Below are positions 39,781 through 50,647 of a DNA stretch of 64,000 nt, in pieces (the stretch's first letter is position 1; each line of letters opens with the position of its first letter). The translations under genes and the position numbers were made by a program. The stretch is from Bacteroidia bacterium (GTDB taxonomy: Bacteria; Bacteroidota; Bacteroidia; UKL13-3). The notes beneath the pieces are model-generated. The model ran no database searches. It had not been told where the DNA came from and saw only the letters and a program-made list of their open reading frames with translations. Where the stretch lies: positions 13,389 to 77,388 of the forward strand of contig JAIBAK010000009.1 of NCBI GenBank assembly GCA_019695215.1, in the 5' to 3' direction.

Positions 39781-40218
39781 ATGTCAGTAAATAAAGTAAT
39801 TTTATTGGGGAATTTGGGAAAAGACCCTGAAGTTAGAAATTTAGAAGGCGGAGCAAAAGTGGTAAAGTTTCCACTGGCCACTTCAGAAACTTATAAAGAC
39901 AAAAGCGGGAACAAAGTAGAACAAACCGAGTGGCATAATATTGTTGTGTGGAGAGGTCTGGCCGATATTGCTGAAAAATACTTACGCAAAGGAAGCTCTG
40001 TTTTTATTGAAGGTAAAATCAGATCCCGCTCGTGGGACGACAAAGACGGGAACAAAAGATACATTACTGAAATTGTTGCCGACAACTTAACACTTGTAGG
40101 CGGAAAACGGGATGAAAATTCCGGTGGAAACCCATCTTCAGTCAACACAACAAGTGGCGATTTCAGTTCGGCAAATCCAGTAGTAACAAGTGACAGTTCT
40201 GATGATCTGCCATTTTAA
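39781..40218 (+). CDS. ssb: single-stranded DNA-binding protein
   Basis: OB fold (NKVILLGNLGKDPEVR ... TEWHNIVVWRGLA) and an acidic C-terminal tip DDLPF. Confidence 0.9.
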   Translation: MSVNKVILLGNLGKDPEVRNLEGGAKVVKFPLATSETYKDKSGNKVEQTEWHNIVVWRGLADIAEKYLRKGSSVFIEGKIRSRSWDDKDGNKRYITEIVADNLTLVGGKRDENSGGNPSSVNTTSGDFSSANPVVTSDSSDDLPF

Positions 40219-40240
40219 GTTTCACTTAATCAGGTAAATT

Positions 40241-41599
40241 TTGGAAAGTTCCCTTCCTAACCCATTCTTAACTCTACTTCACGTACCGTTATCGGTTTTA
40301 AAACAGAATATTCCGGCATCCGATCTGGTTAGTGTACTCATAAGTATTATTCTGATAATTATTTTTCTGGCCTGTGTGGCGGTGTTCTCAGCCTCTGAAA
40401 ATGCTTTTTTTTCCATAACCCCGACCACTGTTGACGAACTTAGGGAAGACGATAGCCGCTTTGCCAAGGCAACTGTTTTCTTAATGACTCATCCCAAAAA
40501 ACTATTGGCTACCATTCTTATAGGTACAAATTTCGTGAATGTGGGTATAGTAGTTTTATCTTCCTTCATCATAAATATTCTGTTTGATTTTTCCTTTAAC
40601 CCTGTTGCCGGATTTATTTTTCAGGTGGTTATTGTAACCTTTTTAATTGTGATGATTGGGGAAGTGCTCCCTAAAATATATGCCGTACAAAACAGCATGA
40701 AGATGGTAAAATTTATCGCTTCGCCCATGTATACATTGAGCAAAGTGTTAAGTCCGCTGGTATTTATACTTGAAAAATCAACTTCAATTATTGATAAGCG
40801 CATCACTAAAAAAGGGCATATGCTTTCCATTGATGAACTTAATCATGCCATTGATATTACTAGCGAAGAAGATGCCCCGGAAGAAGAAAAGGAAATTCTC
40901 AAGAGTATTGTAAACTTTGGGAATATAAGTGTAAAAGAAATTATGAAACCCCGTATGGACGTGGTGGCATATGATAAAAAAACCGACTTGTCTTCCCTTA
41001 TAAAAGAAATAAACGAATGGGGTTACTCCCGAATACCCATTTTTGAAGGAAACTTTGATCGTATTGTAGGTGTGTTATACATTAAAGATTTACTTCCTCA
41101 TCTGGGCAAGGTAAATGATTTAGCCTGGCAAAAACTGATAAAGCCTCCCTATTTCGTTCCGGAAAGTAAAAAAATTGATGACCTGCTGAAAGAGTTTCAG
41201 AATAAACGGGTGCATTTAGCCATTGTAGTTGACGAGTTTGGAGGTACCAGCGGCATTGTTACCATGGAAGATATTCTGGAAGAAATTTTTGGGGAGATAA
41301 AAGATGAATTTGACGAAGATGAATTGTTTTACTCTAAACTTGATGAAAGCACTTATGTATTTGAAGCTAAAATTTCTTTGAATGATATGTGCCGCCTGAT
41401 GGAAATCGAGGATAATAGTTTTGATGATATAAGAGGAGATGCTGATACCCTGGGAGGATTAATTCTGGAGATGACAGGCAAAATCCCTAATCTCAAACAA
41501 AAAATAGAATACAATCATTTTATGTTCACAATTGAATCGGTTGACAAACGAAAAATTAAACGGGTAAAAGTGGAATTAACTCCGCTGCTTGAAGGATAA
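40241..41599 (+). CDS. gldE: CNNM-TM / CBS-pair / CorC-HlyC family protein; gliding-motility GldE-like
   Basis: Domain order and position (immediately after ssb, followed by a GldD-like lipoprotein) match the flavobacterial gldE arrangement. The symbol is an inference from synteny. Confidence 0.6.
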   Translation: MESSLPNPFLTLLHVPLSVLKQNIPASDLVSVLISIILIIIFLACVAVFSASENAFFSITPTTVDELREDDSRFAKATVFLMTHPKKLLATILIGTNFVNVGIVVLSSFIINILFDFSFNPVAGFIFQVVIVTFLIVMIGEVLPKIYAVQNSMKMVKFIASPMYTLSKVLSPLVFILEKSTSIIDKRITKKGHMLSIDELNHAIDITSEEDAPEEEKEILKSIVNFGNISVKEIMKPRMDVVAYDKKTDLSSLIKEINEWGYSRIPIFEGNFDRIVGVLYIKDLLPHLGKVNDLAWQKLIKPPYFVPESKKIDDLLKEFQNKRVHLAIVVDEFGGTSGIVTMEDILEEIFGEIKDEFDEDELFYSKLDESTYVFEAKISLNDMCRLMEIEDNSFDDIRGDADTLGGLILEMTGKIPNLKQKIEYNHFMFTIESVDKRKIKRVKVELTPLLEG

Positions 41600-41601
41600 C
41601 C

Positions 41602-42186
41602 ATGAAGGGAATTTTTATTGTATTCGTGTGCAGTGTATTAATCGGAGTATTTGTTTCGTGCGGAGATGAGTATATTCCAAAACCAAGAGGATACAACCGC
41701 ATCGAATTTCCGTTAAAATCATATACCACATATGACTCCCTTTGTCCGTTCACGTTTCAATATCCGGTATATGCAAAAGTATTACCGTATACGGGAAACG
41801 ATGGCCCTCATCCATGCTGGCTCAACCTGTATTTCCCGGAACTAAAAGCTACACTTCACTTAAGTTACCTTGATATACAATCGAAGGAACAACTAATAAA
41901 AATGATTGAAGACTCCAGACGCTTAGTATTTAAACATACCGTAAAGGCTGAAGAGATAATAGAAAATTACCTCGAAAAGCCGGGCAAATACGGCATTGTT
42001 TACGAGCTTACAGGATCAACAGCCAGTTCTTTACAGTTTTATATAACCGATAGTACCCAACACTTTTTAAGAGGCTCACTTTATTTTAATGTTGCCACTA
42101 ATCCCGATTCGGTAGCACCTGTTGTCAGGTTCATTAATAAAGATGTGGAGCGCTTTCTTGAAAGTTTGGCCTGGAAGTTGAAATGA
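41602..42186 (+). CDS. gldD: gliding-motility lipoprotein GldD-like
   Basis: Lipobox (FVSCGDEY); size about 190 aa; downstream of the gldE-like gene. The assignment rests mainly on synteny. Confidence 0.5.
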   Translation: MKGIFIVFVCSVLIGVFVSCGDEYIPKPRGYNRIEFPLKSYTTYDSLCPFTFQYPVYAKVLPYTGNDGPHPCWLNLYFPELKATLHLSYLDIQSKEQLIKMIEDSRRLVFKHTVKAEEIIENYLEKPGKYGIVYELTGSTASSLQFYITDSTQHFLRGSLYFNVATNPDSVAPVVRFINKDVERFLESLAWKLK

Positions 42187-42246
42187 CCATGTTTCAGGAA
42201 AATAATTTCCTGTAGTTCCTGATTTTATTAACCTAAACCAACCGTT

Positions 42247-43980
42247 ATGAAGTACACCATTTTACTTTATTTCGCCACCTGCTATTTAACCCTGTCATCT
42301 GTTAATTTAAAGGCTCAAACTGTACCCGATATTAAAAACGGGTTACTGGTTTATTACCAGCTAAACGGCAATACAAAGGATTCATCTGGGCTTAACAAAC
42401 ATGCGAAAGCCACAGGCACCGCTTTTATACCGGATAAAATGGGAAACCTCACAAGAGCTGTAAACTTTAGTAAAGGGGATAAAATTGAAATCCCGGCTCC
42501 TTCGGTTTCAATAAAGAGTTTTACGTTTAATATATGGTTCAAAACAACCGATACAGCCTTTACATTTTTAAGCGGATATAACCCGACTGCTAAAAACGAA
42601 CTGTATGTAGGGATAGCAGACAAGGGCTCAAAACTTTCCATCGGCTACCATGACTCAACAGGAGAAAACCTCACTTCTTACACCGGTGTTCCGATTGACG
42701 GAGCATGGCATATGCTCACTGTAATGGCGACTGAAGATTTTACTAAAATATTTATTGATGCAAAACCAACGGATGCTGAAGATATTGGAACTGAATCGGG
42801 ATTAAATATAAAAAATTTATTTTTAGGAGCAAGACAGCAATGTGCAGCATCATGCTGGGACGAAAGTAAATATTTTGAAGGCTCATTGGATGAATTGAGA
42901 ATTTACAACCGCGTTTTAACTGAGCCGGAAATTTCATTGCTGTTTGAAGACATAAAAGATATTACTGCCCCTAAAATTATCATCAGTGCCCCGCTGGTAA
43001 CCAGAGGTCTTAAAATAATAGAACGCGACCGCTCCCTTCAAACCGTTGTTTCGGGTAAAATTACCGAAGAGGGAAGCCTGAAAAAAGTTTGGGTAAATAA
43101 TATTCCGGTGCAGGTAAATGCGGATGGTAATTTTTCGTTGCCTGTAGAATTGCAAAAAAATGTTTTTGTAGTTACCGCTGAAGATGCGGCAGGAAACAAA
43201 ACAGTAGAGCAGTTTTCAGTAGATGAACAAAATTTTGCAAAAACCGATACCTCAAAAGCCGTTAAGCAAATGGGGAAATATTATGCCATCATTATTGGTG
43301 TGGAAGACTACAACGATCCCAATATTAACGACCTTGAAAACCCTGTAAAAGATTCGGAACGATTGATGAATTTACTGCGTACTAAATATACGTTTGAAGA
43401 CAGCAATATTATTTTTCTTAAAAATCCAAAGAGAGAAGAAATTACCCGGCAATTTGATTTGCTCACAGATAAAATGACCGAAAATGATAACCTCCTGATT
43501 TTTTATGCCGGACACGGATACTGGGATGAAAAACTAAAACAGGGATACTGGCTTCCGTCTGATGCGTCAAAGGGAAACCGTGGAAGCTGGTTTTCGAATT
43601 CTGACTTAAAAACATATATAGGAGGCATAAGCAGCAAACATACCCTGCTTATTGCCGATGCCTGTTTTGGCGGTAGCATTTTTAAAACCCGTGATGCATT
43701 TTCAAATAACACTTTTGCTATTAACGAACTTAACAAAATGCCAAGCCGAAAAGCCATGACCAGCGGTGCCATGAAAACTGTACCCGATAAAAGTGTATTT
43801 ATTGAATACCTAGTAAAAAGGCTTAATGACAATACGGAAAAATACCTGAGCACCGAACAGCTTTTTGCCAGTTTTAAAACCGCGGTTATTAACAACAGTC
43901 CAAACGGACAGATTCCGCAATTTGGAGATATTAGAGAAACCGGAGATGAAGGCGGGGATTTTATTTTTATCCTGAAATAA
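42247..43980 (+). CDS. secreted LamG/ConA-like domain fused to caspase-family (peptidase C14) domain
   Basis: Signal peptide; FEGSLDELRIYNRVLTEPEI is a LamG signature. C-terminal YYAIIIGVEDYN ... LIFYAGHGY ... LLIADACFGGSIF supplies the His/Cys catalytic dyad context of caspases. Confidence 0.6.
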   Translation: MKYTILLYFATCYLTLSSVNLKAQTVPDIKNGLLVYYQLNGNTKDSSGLNKHAKATGTAFIPDKMGNLTRAVNFSKGDKIEIPAPSVSIKSFTFNIWFKTTDTAFTFLSGYNPTAKNELYVGIADKGSKLSIGYHDSTGENLTSYTGVPIDGAWHMLTVMATEDFTKIFIDAKPTDAEDIGTESGLNIKNLFLGARQQCAASCWDESKYFEGSLDELRIYNRVLTEPEISLLFEDIKDITAPKIIISAPLVTRGLKIIERDRSLQTVVSGKITEEGSLKKVWVNNIPVQVNADGNFSLPVELQKNVFVVTAEDAAGNKTVEQFSVDEQNFAKTDTSKAVKQMGKYYAIIIGVEDYNDPNINDLENPVKDSERLMNLLRTKYTFEDSNIIFLKNPKREEITRQFDLLTDKMTENDNLLIFYAGHGYWDEKLKQGYWLPSDASKGNRGSWFSNSDLKTYIGGISSKHTLLIADACFGGSIFKTRDAFSNNTFAINELNKMPSRKAMTSGAMKTVPDKSVFIEYLVKRLNDNTEKYLSTEQLFASFKTAVINNSPNGQIPQFGDIRETGDEGGDFIFILK

Positions 43981-44118
43981 TTTTCACGCGTGCTGCGACT
44001 GATAACGCCTCAGTTTCCAATGAGCATCCTTACAAAAATTCAGAAGGGCTGAATTCCTTAGGAATTTTTACCTTTTACCTGTTTCATTTTTGATACATTT
44101 TAGTGCACTTTTGCATTT

Positions 44119-46221
44119 GTGAGTGATTTTCTGCAAACGCCCATTGAATTTTTGAAAGGAGTTGGTCAGGCCCGGGCTGATTTACTCAAGAAAGAATTAA
44201 ATATATTCACTTTTGAAGACCTGCTTTATTTCTATCCATACCGTCATATAGACCGAACCCGCTTCTACAAAATTTCGGAACTGCAGGATGATTTACCGTA
44301 TATACAGCTGCGTGGAAAATTTACCGATTTCAGAACCGAAAAATTAAATCGGGGACAACGTTTAACGGGTAGCTTTACCGATGGAACAGGTCATTTGGAG
44401 ATTGTGTGGTTTCAGGGGGCAAAATGGGTGAAAGAATTGATTAAACCCCAAACCGAATATATTCTGTTTGGCAAGCCTGCTATTTTTAACGGCAAGTTTA
44501 ATATGGTACACCCTTCAGTTGATTTGTACAACGATGAAAACATAAAAATGCTTTCAGCCCTGATGCCCATGTACAACACAACTGAAAAAATGAAACAACG
44601 TAATTTTGAAAGCAAATCCATACTTAAACTTTTGCATAACCTTTTAAAAGACGAACGCCTGATAATTCCCGAAAACTTACCAGATAAACTCATCAGCAAA
44701 GAAAACATGTTAGCCCGAGGAAAAGCTATTCATGCCATACATTTTCCGGGGAGTGCAGCTGAATTGACACAAGCTACCGAAAGACTAAAGTTTGAAGAAT
44801 TGTTTTTTCTTCAGATTAGAATTCTGCGATATAAAGTTCAACGGGGGAAACTTCATAACGGAATATGCTTTGAACATATTGGAGAATTATTCAATACTTT
44901 TTATGAGAAACATCTACCATTTAACCTGACTGAAGCGCAAAAAAGAGTAATTCGGGAAATAAGAGGAGATATGAAAAGCGGGGTACAAATGAACCGCTTG
45001 TTGCAGGGGGATGTGGGCAGTGGTAAAACAATTGTTGCCCTGCTGTGCATGTTAATTGCCATTGACAATAACTACCAGGCCACGTTAATGGCCCCAACGG
45101 AAATTTTGGCTCAGCAACACTTCCACAATCTGCAAGAACTATTAAGCGGATTGCCCGTTTCTATCCGGTTGCTCACCGGAAATACATCATCCAAAGACCG
45201 GAAAAAGATGTTACAGGATCTTGAATCGGGCTCCTTAAATATTCTTATAGGCACGCATGCTTTGATTGAAAATGCCGTTCAATATAAAAATCTGGGTCTT
45301 GTTATCATTGACGAACAACATCGGTTCGGGGTAGAACAGCGATCGAGGTTATGGCAAAAAAATGAAAAACCACCGCATGTACTGGTGATGACAGCTACTC
45401 CTATTCCGCGCACTCTGGCTATGACAGTTTACGGGGATTTGGATGTATCGGTCATTGATGAACTTCCTGCCGGAAGGAAACCAATAAAAACGATTCACCG
45501 TTTTGAGAGCGGACGACTGGCTGTGTTTGAATTTATGAAGCAGGAACTAAGCAAAGGAAGGCAGATTTATATTGTGTATCCGTTGATAGCCGAAAGCGAA
45601 AAAATGGACTATATGAATTTACAGGACGGATTTGAAAGTGTATCGCGGGCATTTCCGTTGCCGCAATATAAAGTAAGTATTGTACATGGAAAAATGAAGC
45701 CCGCAGATAAAGATTTTGAGATGGCTCGTTTTGTAAAAGGAGAAACCAATATAATGGTTGCTACCACCGTGATTGAAGTAGGAGTGAATGTTCCGAATGC
45801 CTCGGTTATGATTATTGAAAGTGCCGAACGTTTCGGATTATCTCAATTGCATCAACTGCGTGGGCGAGTGGGCCGCGGAGCCGAACAAAGCTATTGTATA
45901 TTAATGACCGGCAATAAATTGGGAAATGAGGCAAAAACCCGGATTAAAACAATGGAGCAAAGCAACGATGGATTTTATATTTCGGAAGTTGATTTAAAGT
46001 TGCGAGGCCCCGGTGATTTGGAGGGTACACAACAAAGCGGATTGCTCGATTTAAAATTAGCCGATTTAAAAACGGATGATCAGATTTTACAAAGAGCCCG
46101 GAATAGCGCATCCAAATTACTGGGGGAAGATGCCGGTTTTTCGCAACCCGAAAATCTTCCGGTAAAATTATGGCTGAGCAAACAACAGCGTCACGCTAAA
46201 GTGTGGTCCAGAATTTCGTAA
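44119..46221 (+). CDS. recG: ATP-dependent DNA helicase RecG
   Basis: Wedge domain, GDVGSGKT, DEQHRFG, the TATPIPRT motif, and a C-terminus typical of RecG. Confidence 0.9.
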   Translation: MSDFLQTPIEFLKGVGQARADLLKKELNIFTFEDLLYFYPYRHIDRTRFYKISELQDDLPYIQLRGKFTDFRTEKLNRGQRLTGSFTDGTGHLEIVWFQGAKWVKELIKPQTEYILFGKPAIFNGKFNMVHPSVDLYNDENIKMLSALMPMYNTTEKMKQRNFESKSILKLLHNLLKDERLIIPENLPDKLISKENMLARGKAIHAIHFPGSAAELTQATERLKFEELFFLQIRILRYKVQRGKLHNGICFEHIGELFNTFYEKHLPFNLTEAQKRVIREIRGDMKSGVQMNRLLQGDVGSGKTIVALLCMLIAIDNNYQATLMAPTEILAQQHFHNLQELLSGLPVSIRLLTGNTSSKDRKKMLQDLESGSLNILIGTHALIENAVQYKNLGLVIIDEQHRFGVEQRSRLWQKNEKPPHVLVMTATPIPRTLAMTVYGDLDVSVIDELPAGRKPIKTIHRFESGRLAVFEFMKQELSKGRQIYIVYPLIAESEKMDYMNLQDGFESVSRAFPLPQYKVSIVHGKMKPADKDFEMARFVKGETNIMVATTVIEVGVNVPNASVMIIESAERFGLSQLHQLRGRVGRGAEQSYCILMTGNKLGNEAKTRIKTMEQSNDGFYISEVDLKLRGPGDLEGTQQSGLLDLKLADLKTDDQILQRARNSASKLLGEDAGFSQPENLPVKLWLSKQQRHAKVWSRIS

Positions 46222-46225
46222 GAAA

Positions 46226-47167
46226 TTAGTTGCAGTATTTTTTCAATAACTCATTGGCTCTTTTCTCCCCAAGTGCCAAAGCAGCTTTCCAGTCGGCACA
46301 GGAGTCTTTCTTTTCACCTGCTTCTCTCCTTGCCCATGCTCTTATCATTAAAATTTCGGCAGAACCTGGTTTAATTTTTACTGCCATATCCATGTCTTCC
46401 AAAGCTTCCTTAAATTTTTTCTGCTGCTGTTTTACTTTACCTCGTCCGGCATAAGCCTCGGCCATATTCGGGTCTTCTTTAATAGCCAGCGTATAGTTTT
46501 TTATTGCTTCATTGTAATTTCCAGCCTTAAAATTCACTTCACCCATTTTACAATATGACAATGCAAGTTTATACTCATATTGAATGGCTTTTGCATAATC
46601 TGCTGCTGCTTCTATAAACTCATCTAAATTTTTCCTTGCCTCGGCTCGTTGAAAATAGGTTTCGCCCGAGGATGGCTCCAGTTCAATGGCTTTATTAAAA
46701 TCCAGAATGGCCCACTCGTATTCATTTACTCTTAATTTTCGCACCCCGCGTCCGTAGTAAGCAAAGGAAGTAGGCAATGCTTTATCATTATCCCCAAGCC
46801 TTAGTATGATCGCATCGAGCCATATATTTTTTTCTTTCCCAAGTTCTGGATTAAGATTATCAGGGGTATTTAAGGTTGGATCAGACTGAGCGTAAACAGC
46901 AAAACTCTCTTTCAGAAACGGAATCATATCAATGCTGTCATGCTGCGTTCTGAATCGTTTAATTTCAGCTTCCACTTTTGCTCTGAATTGAGGATACAGG
47001 TTAATGTAAAACCACATGGCTTTTGAATACTCCTTTCGGGCAATCAACTCGTCTGCTTTTTCAAACGTATAAGTGGCGGGATAGGCATCCTTTTTATCAC
47101 TGTCATCCTGCCCGCTGGCCCGGAAAACAATAAGCGTTGATAAAAGAAGGTAAATGAGCTTATTCAT
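46226..47167 (-). CDS. tetratricopeptide-repeat protein with signal peptide
   Basis: Multiple TPR units (YFQRAEARKNLDEFIEAAADYAKAIQ ...). Confidence 0.6.
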   Translation of the reverse strand: MNKLIYLLLSTLIVFRASGQDDSDKKDAYPATYTFEKADELIARKEYSKAMWFYINLYPQFRAKVEAEIKRFRTQHDSIDMIPFLKESFAVYAQSDPTLNTPDNLNPELGKEKNIWLDAIILRLGDNDKALPTSFAYYGRGVRKLRVNEYEWAILDFNKAIELEPSSGETYFQRAEARKNLDEFIEAAADYAKAIQYEYKLALSYCKMGEVNFKAGNYNEAIKNYTLAIKEDPNMAEAYAGRGKVKQQQKKFKEALEDMDMAVKIKPGSAEILMIRAWARREAGEKKDSCADWKAALALGEKRANELLKKYCN

Positions 47168-47240
47168 TCAATTAAGGTAATATGGAATACGATTATAGCT
47201 GCTTTTTAAAAGAATGCCAAAACATATTTTAAACCGGGAG

Positions 47241-48896
47241 TTAATTGCCGGAGTAAACCAACTCTCCGTTGAGGTACGTTGCCAATACTTTTGCCTTTAC
47301 CACATCCGATATTAAAACTTTGGCAATATCCATATCCATAACTACAAAATCGGCCGCCATACCGTTTTGAAGGCAACCTTTTTCTTTTTCTTCAAACTGT
47401 GCATAAGCAGCCCAGTAAGTCATCCCTTTAAGAGCTTCCCAAATGGTAAGTGCGTTATGTATCTGAAAAGAACCCATCGGATGTTCCTGAATGGTTGTAC
47501 GCATCACAGCCGAATAAAGTGTAGCCATAGGATTTGCTCCTTCAACCGGGAAATCTGTTCCCAAAGCCAGCCTGCCCGAATATGGAAGAAATGATTTATA
47601 TGCATAAGCCCTTTCTAACCGTGCCTGCCCCAAACGCAAGGGCACCCAGTTTTTATCGGAACTTACATGAGTGGGTTGCACTGAAGGAATAACCGAATAA
47701 AGATTTATTTTAATCCAATCGGCCTGATGTATTACCTGGGCATGCTCAATGCGCCAGCGAAAATCATTTTTCTGTTTTAAAACCTCCCCGTAAATATCAA
47801 GCATTACCCTGCTTGCCGAATCTCCTATACAATGCGTGTTTAATTGATATCCCGCTGCAAAAACCCTTTTAGCCATTGCTCGTAAATAACTTGTATCTTT
47901 ATTCATTAGGCCATAATACCCGGGCTTATCCGAATAGGGTTCGAGTAAACACGCCCCGCGGCTTCCTAATGCCCCGTCAGCATACAGCTTTACAGATTGA
48001 ATATGAATATTGCCGTTACGATATGGCCCTTTTGACATTACTTTTTTGAAATTTTCTTCGGTAGGATTAAGCATTACATAGGACTTGATTTTAAGTAATC
48101 CCGCCTTTTGCAAGGACTCCATTTTCTTGATGACAAAATAATCAACCCCCGCATCCTGAACCGAAGTAATGCCATACATAAAACAAATGCGCTGTGCTTC
48201 CAAAAGAGCATCCTGCATTTCGGTATCGGCAGGCTTTGGAATTATCCTCTCCACCAAATCCATGGCATTATCCACTAGTAAACCGGTAGGATTCCCACCG
48301 GCATCACGTATAATCTCCCCTCCGTCTGTTTTGGTTTTTGAACCAATTTTAGCCAGTTTCAATGCCTTGGAATTTACTAAGGCGGCATGCCCGTCCACAC
48401 GCTTTAAAATAACCGGAGTTTTAGGAAACAGGGAATCTAATTTTTCCTTAGTAGGAAATTCTTTTACAACCCAAATATTCTGGTCCCACCCTCGGCCCTG
48501 TATCCATTTAAGTTTTTTCTTTTTTGCCAGCGCATCCTGCTCGTATTTCTTCAAAAGAACAAGTACCTCATCATACGACTTTGCTCCGCGCAAATCTGCC
48601 TGCATCATCATCATGCCCAAACCCATAAAATGACAATGAGCATCGTTAAATCCGGGATAAATAAACTTGCCTTGCAGGTCGATGATTTTTTTACTGGTAT
48701 ACTTGCTGAAGATATCATCTTTCATCATAGAAACCGCCACTACTTTACCCTGATGAACGGCCATGTAATATCCATTACTAAGCCGGGCATCCATGGTGTA
48801 AATAAATCCGTTCACAAAAATCATGTCCACTTCCTGCTGCGCTTTTGCTCCCAGCCAGAACAGAAGCGAAAAAAGTAAAATGAGTGTTTTTTTCAT
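47241..48896 (-). CDS. amidohydrolase-family (Amidohydro_3-like) metal-dependent hydrolase, secreted
   Basis: Signal peptide; PGFNDAHCHF metal-binding HxH; about 550 aa. Confidence 0.65.
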   Translation of the reverse strand: MKKTLILLFSLLFWLGAKAQQEVDMIFVNGFIYTMDARLSNGYYMAVHQGKVVAVSMMKDDIFSKYTSKKIIDLQGKFIYPGFNDAHCHFMGLGMMMMQADLRGAKSYDEVLVLLKKYEQDALAKKKKLKWIQGRGWDQNIWVVKEFPTKEKLDSLFPKTPVILKRVDGHAALVNSKALKLAKIGSKTKTDGGEIIRDAGGNPTGLLVDNAMDLVERIIPKPADTEMQDALLEAQRICFMYGITSVQDAGVDYFVIKKMESLQKAGLLKIKSYVMLNPTEENFKKVMSKGPYRNGNIHIQSVKLYADGALGSRGACLLEPYSDKPGYYGLMNKDTSYLRAMAKRVFAAGYQLNTHCIGDSASRVMLDIYGEVLKQKNDFRWRIEHAQVIHQADWIKINLYSVIPSVQPTHVSSDKNWVPLRLGQARLERAYAYKSFLPYSGRLALGTDFPVEGANPMATLYSAVMRTTIQEHPMGSFQIHNALTIWEALKGMTYWAAYAQFEEKEKGCLQNGMAADFVVMDMDIAKVLISDVVKAKVLATYLNGELVYSGN

Positions 48897-48944
48897 TGAA
48901 ATATTTTTCTATATGACGTTTGTCCGTTTGAAGATGTTGCAAAC

Positions 48945-50540
48945 TCAGGTTTGTAAAATACCCGGATTGTAGGCCCGTGTTAATGGAGCATGATTAGCAG
49001 CTTCAATACCGGTTGAAATCAACTGCCGCGTTTTTACGGGATCAATAATCGCATCAACCCACAACCTTGCTGCTGCATAATACGGGGTAGTTTGTTTCAG
49101 GTATCTGTCGGTAATGGTTTTTAATAATTCCTTTTCTTTTTCCGCAGTAATCTCCACTCCCTTTGCTTTGAGGTTGGCCTCCTGTATCTGCAGGAGAGTT
49201 TTAGCGGCCTGAGCTCCGCCCATTACCGCAATTTGCGCGGTAGGCCATGCTACAATAAGCCGGGGGTCATATGCTTTACCGCACATAGCGTAGTTACCTG
49301 CTCCGTATGAATTACCCGTGACGATGGTAAATTTGGGCACCACCGAATTAGCTACCGCGTTTACCATTTTCGCCCCGTCTTTTATTATTCCTCCGTGCTC
49401 ACTGCGCGAACCCACCATAAAACCGGTTACGTCCTGCAAAAACACCAGCGGAATTTTTTTCTGATTACAATTTGCTATAAAACGGGCCGCCTTATCGGCA
49501 GAATCGGAATAAATTACTCCTCCAATCTGCATCTCCCCCTTTTTTGATTTAACAATTTTACGGTTGTTGGCTACAATACCTACCGCCCATCCGTCAATGC
49601 GGGCGTATCCGCACAGAATGCTTTTACCATATAACTCTTTATACTGTTCAAATACCGAATCATCCACCAGGCGCTCTATCAATTCCATGGTATCATATGG
49701 TTTTGATGTATCAGACGGAATGATATCATAGATCTCGCTTATATTTTTCAACGGAGGTTTAGGTTCAGCTCTGTCAAATCCTGCTTTTTCTTTATGCCCA
49801 ATCTTATCCATGATTGCACGTATTCGATCAAGGCAGGCTTCATCATTCGGAAATTTGTAATCAGTTACACCCGATATTTCGCAGTGAGTGGTTGCACCTC
49901 CCAAAGTTTCGTTGTCAATATCTTCGCCAATGGCAGCTTTAACCAGATACGAACCTGCCAGAAATATTGAACCGGTTTTATCTACTATCATGGCCTCATC
50001 ACTCATAATGGGAAGGTAAGCACCTCCGGCCACGCAACTCCCCATGATAGCGGCAATTTGAATAATGCCCATAGAACTCATCACCGCATTGTTTCTGAAA
50101 ATGCGTCCAAAATGTTCTTTATCGGGAAATATTTCATCCTGCATAGGCAGGTATACTCCGGCACTATCTACCAGGTAAATAATTGGCAGGTTATTTTCCA
50201 TGGCAATTTCCTGCGCACGCAAATTCTTTTTGCCTGTTATCGGAAACCATGCTCCGGCTTTTACGGTAGCATCATTGGCTACAATTACACAAAGGCGTTT
50301 ACTCACATGTCCCAAACCAACAATTACTCCTGCTGCAGGACATCCTCCTTCCTCTTCATACATTTCGTATCCGGCAAAAGCACCCAGTTCAATAAAGTCG
50401 GAGCCCTTATCAATAAGGTAAGCCACACGTTCCCGTGCAAGCAGTTTCCCTTTCTCTTTTTGTTTGGCAGCCGCTTTTGCTCCGCCACCAAGAAATATTT
50501 TTTCTTCCCGTTTTTTTAACTCTGTGAGTTTATCTTTCAT
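48945..50540 (-). CDS. acyl-CoA carboxylase carboxyltransferase (beta) subunit (propionyl-/methylcrotonyl-CoA carboxylase type)
   Basis: Two crotonase-like CT halves (GGGAKAAAKQKEKGKLLARERV ... ; YGAGNYAMCG ...). Confidence 0.8.
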   Translation of the reverse strand: MKDKLTELKKREEKIFLGGGAKAAAKQKEKGKLLARERVAYLIDKGSDFIELGAFAGYEMYEEEGGCPAAGVIVGLGHVSKRLCVIVANDATVKAGAWFPITGKKNLRAQEIAMENNLPIIYLVDSAGVYLPMQDEIFPDKEHFGRIFRNNAVMSSMGIIQIAAIMGSCVAGGAYLPIMSDEAMIVDKTGSIFLAGSYLVKAAIGEDIDNETLGGATTHCEISGVTDYKFPNDEACLDRIRAIMDKIGHKEKAGFDRAEPKPPLKNISEIYDIIPSDTSKPYDTMELIERLVDDSVFEQYKELYGKSILCGYARIDGWAVGIVANNRKIVKSKKGEMQIGGVIYSDSADKAARFIANCNQKKIPLVFLQDVTGFMVGSRSEHGGIIKDGAKMVNAVANSVVPKFTIVTGNSYGAGNYAMCGKAYDPRLIVAWPTAQIAVMGGAQAAKTLLQIQEANLKAKGVEITAEKEKELLKTITDRYLKQTTPYYAAARLWVDAIIDPVKTRQLISTGIEAANHAPLTRAYNPGILQT

Positions 50541-50647
50541 ATGCGCTTATCCTAATCTTTATTAGCCTTAGGTTCACGGCAAATCTAACCTATAGCTTAA
50601 AAAGATGGAAATCACTTTCCGTGTTTTACCAAAAATAAATACTTTTG

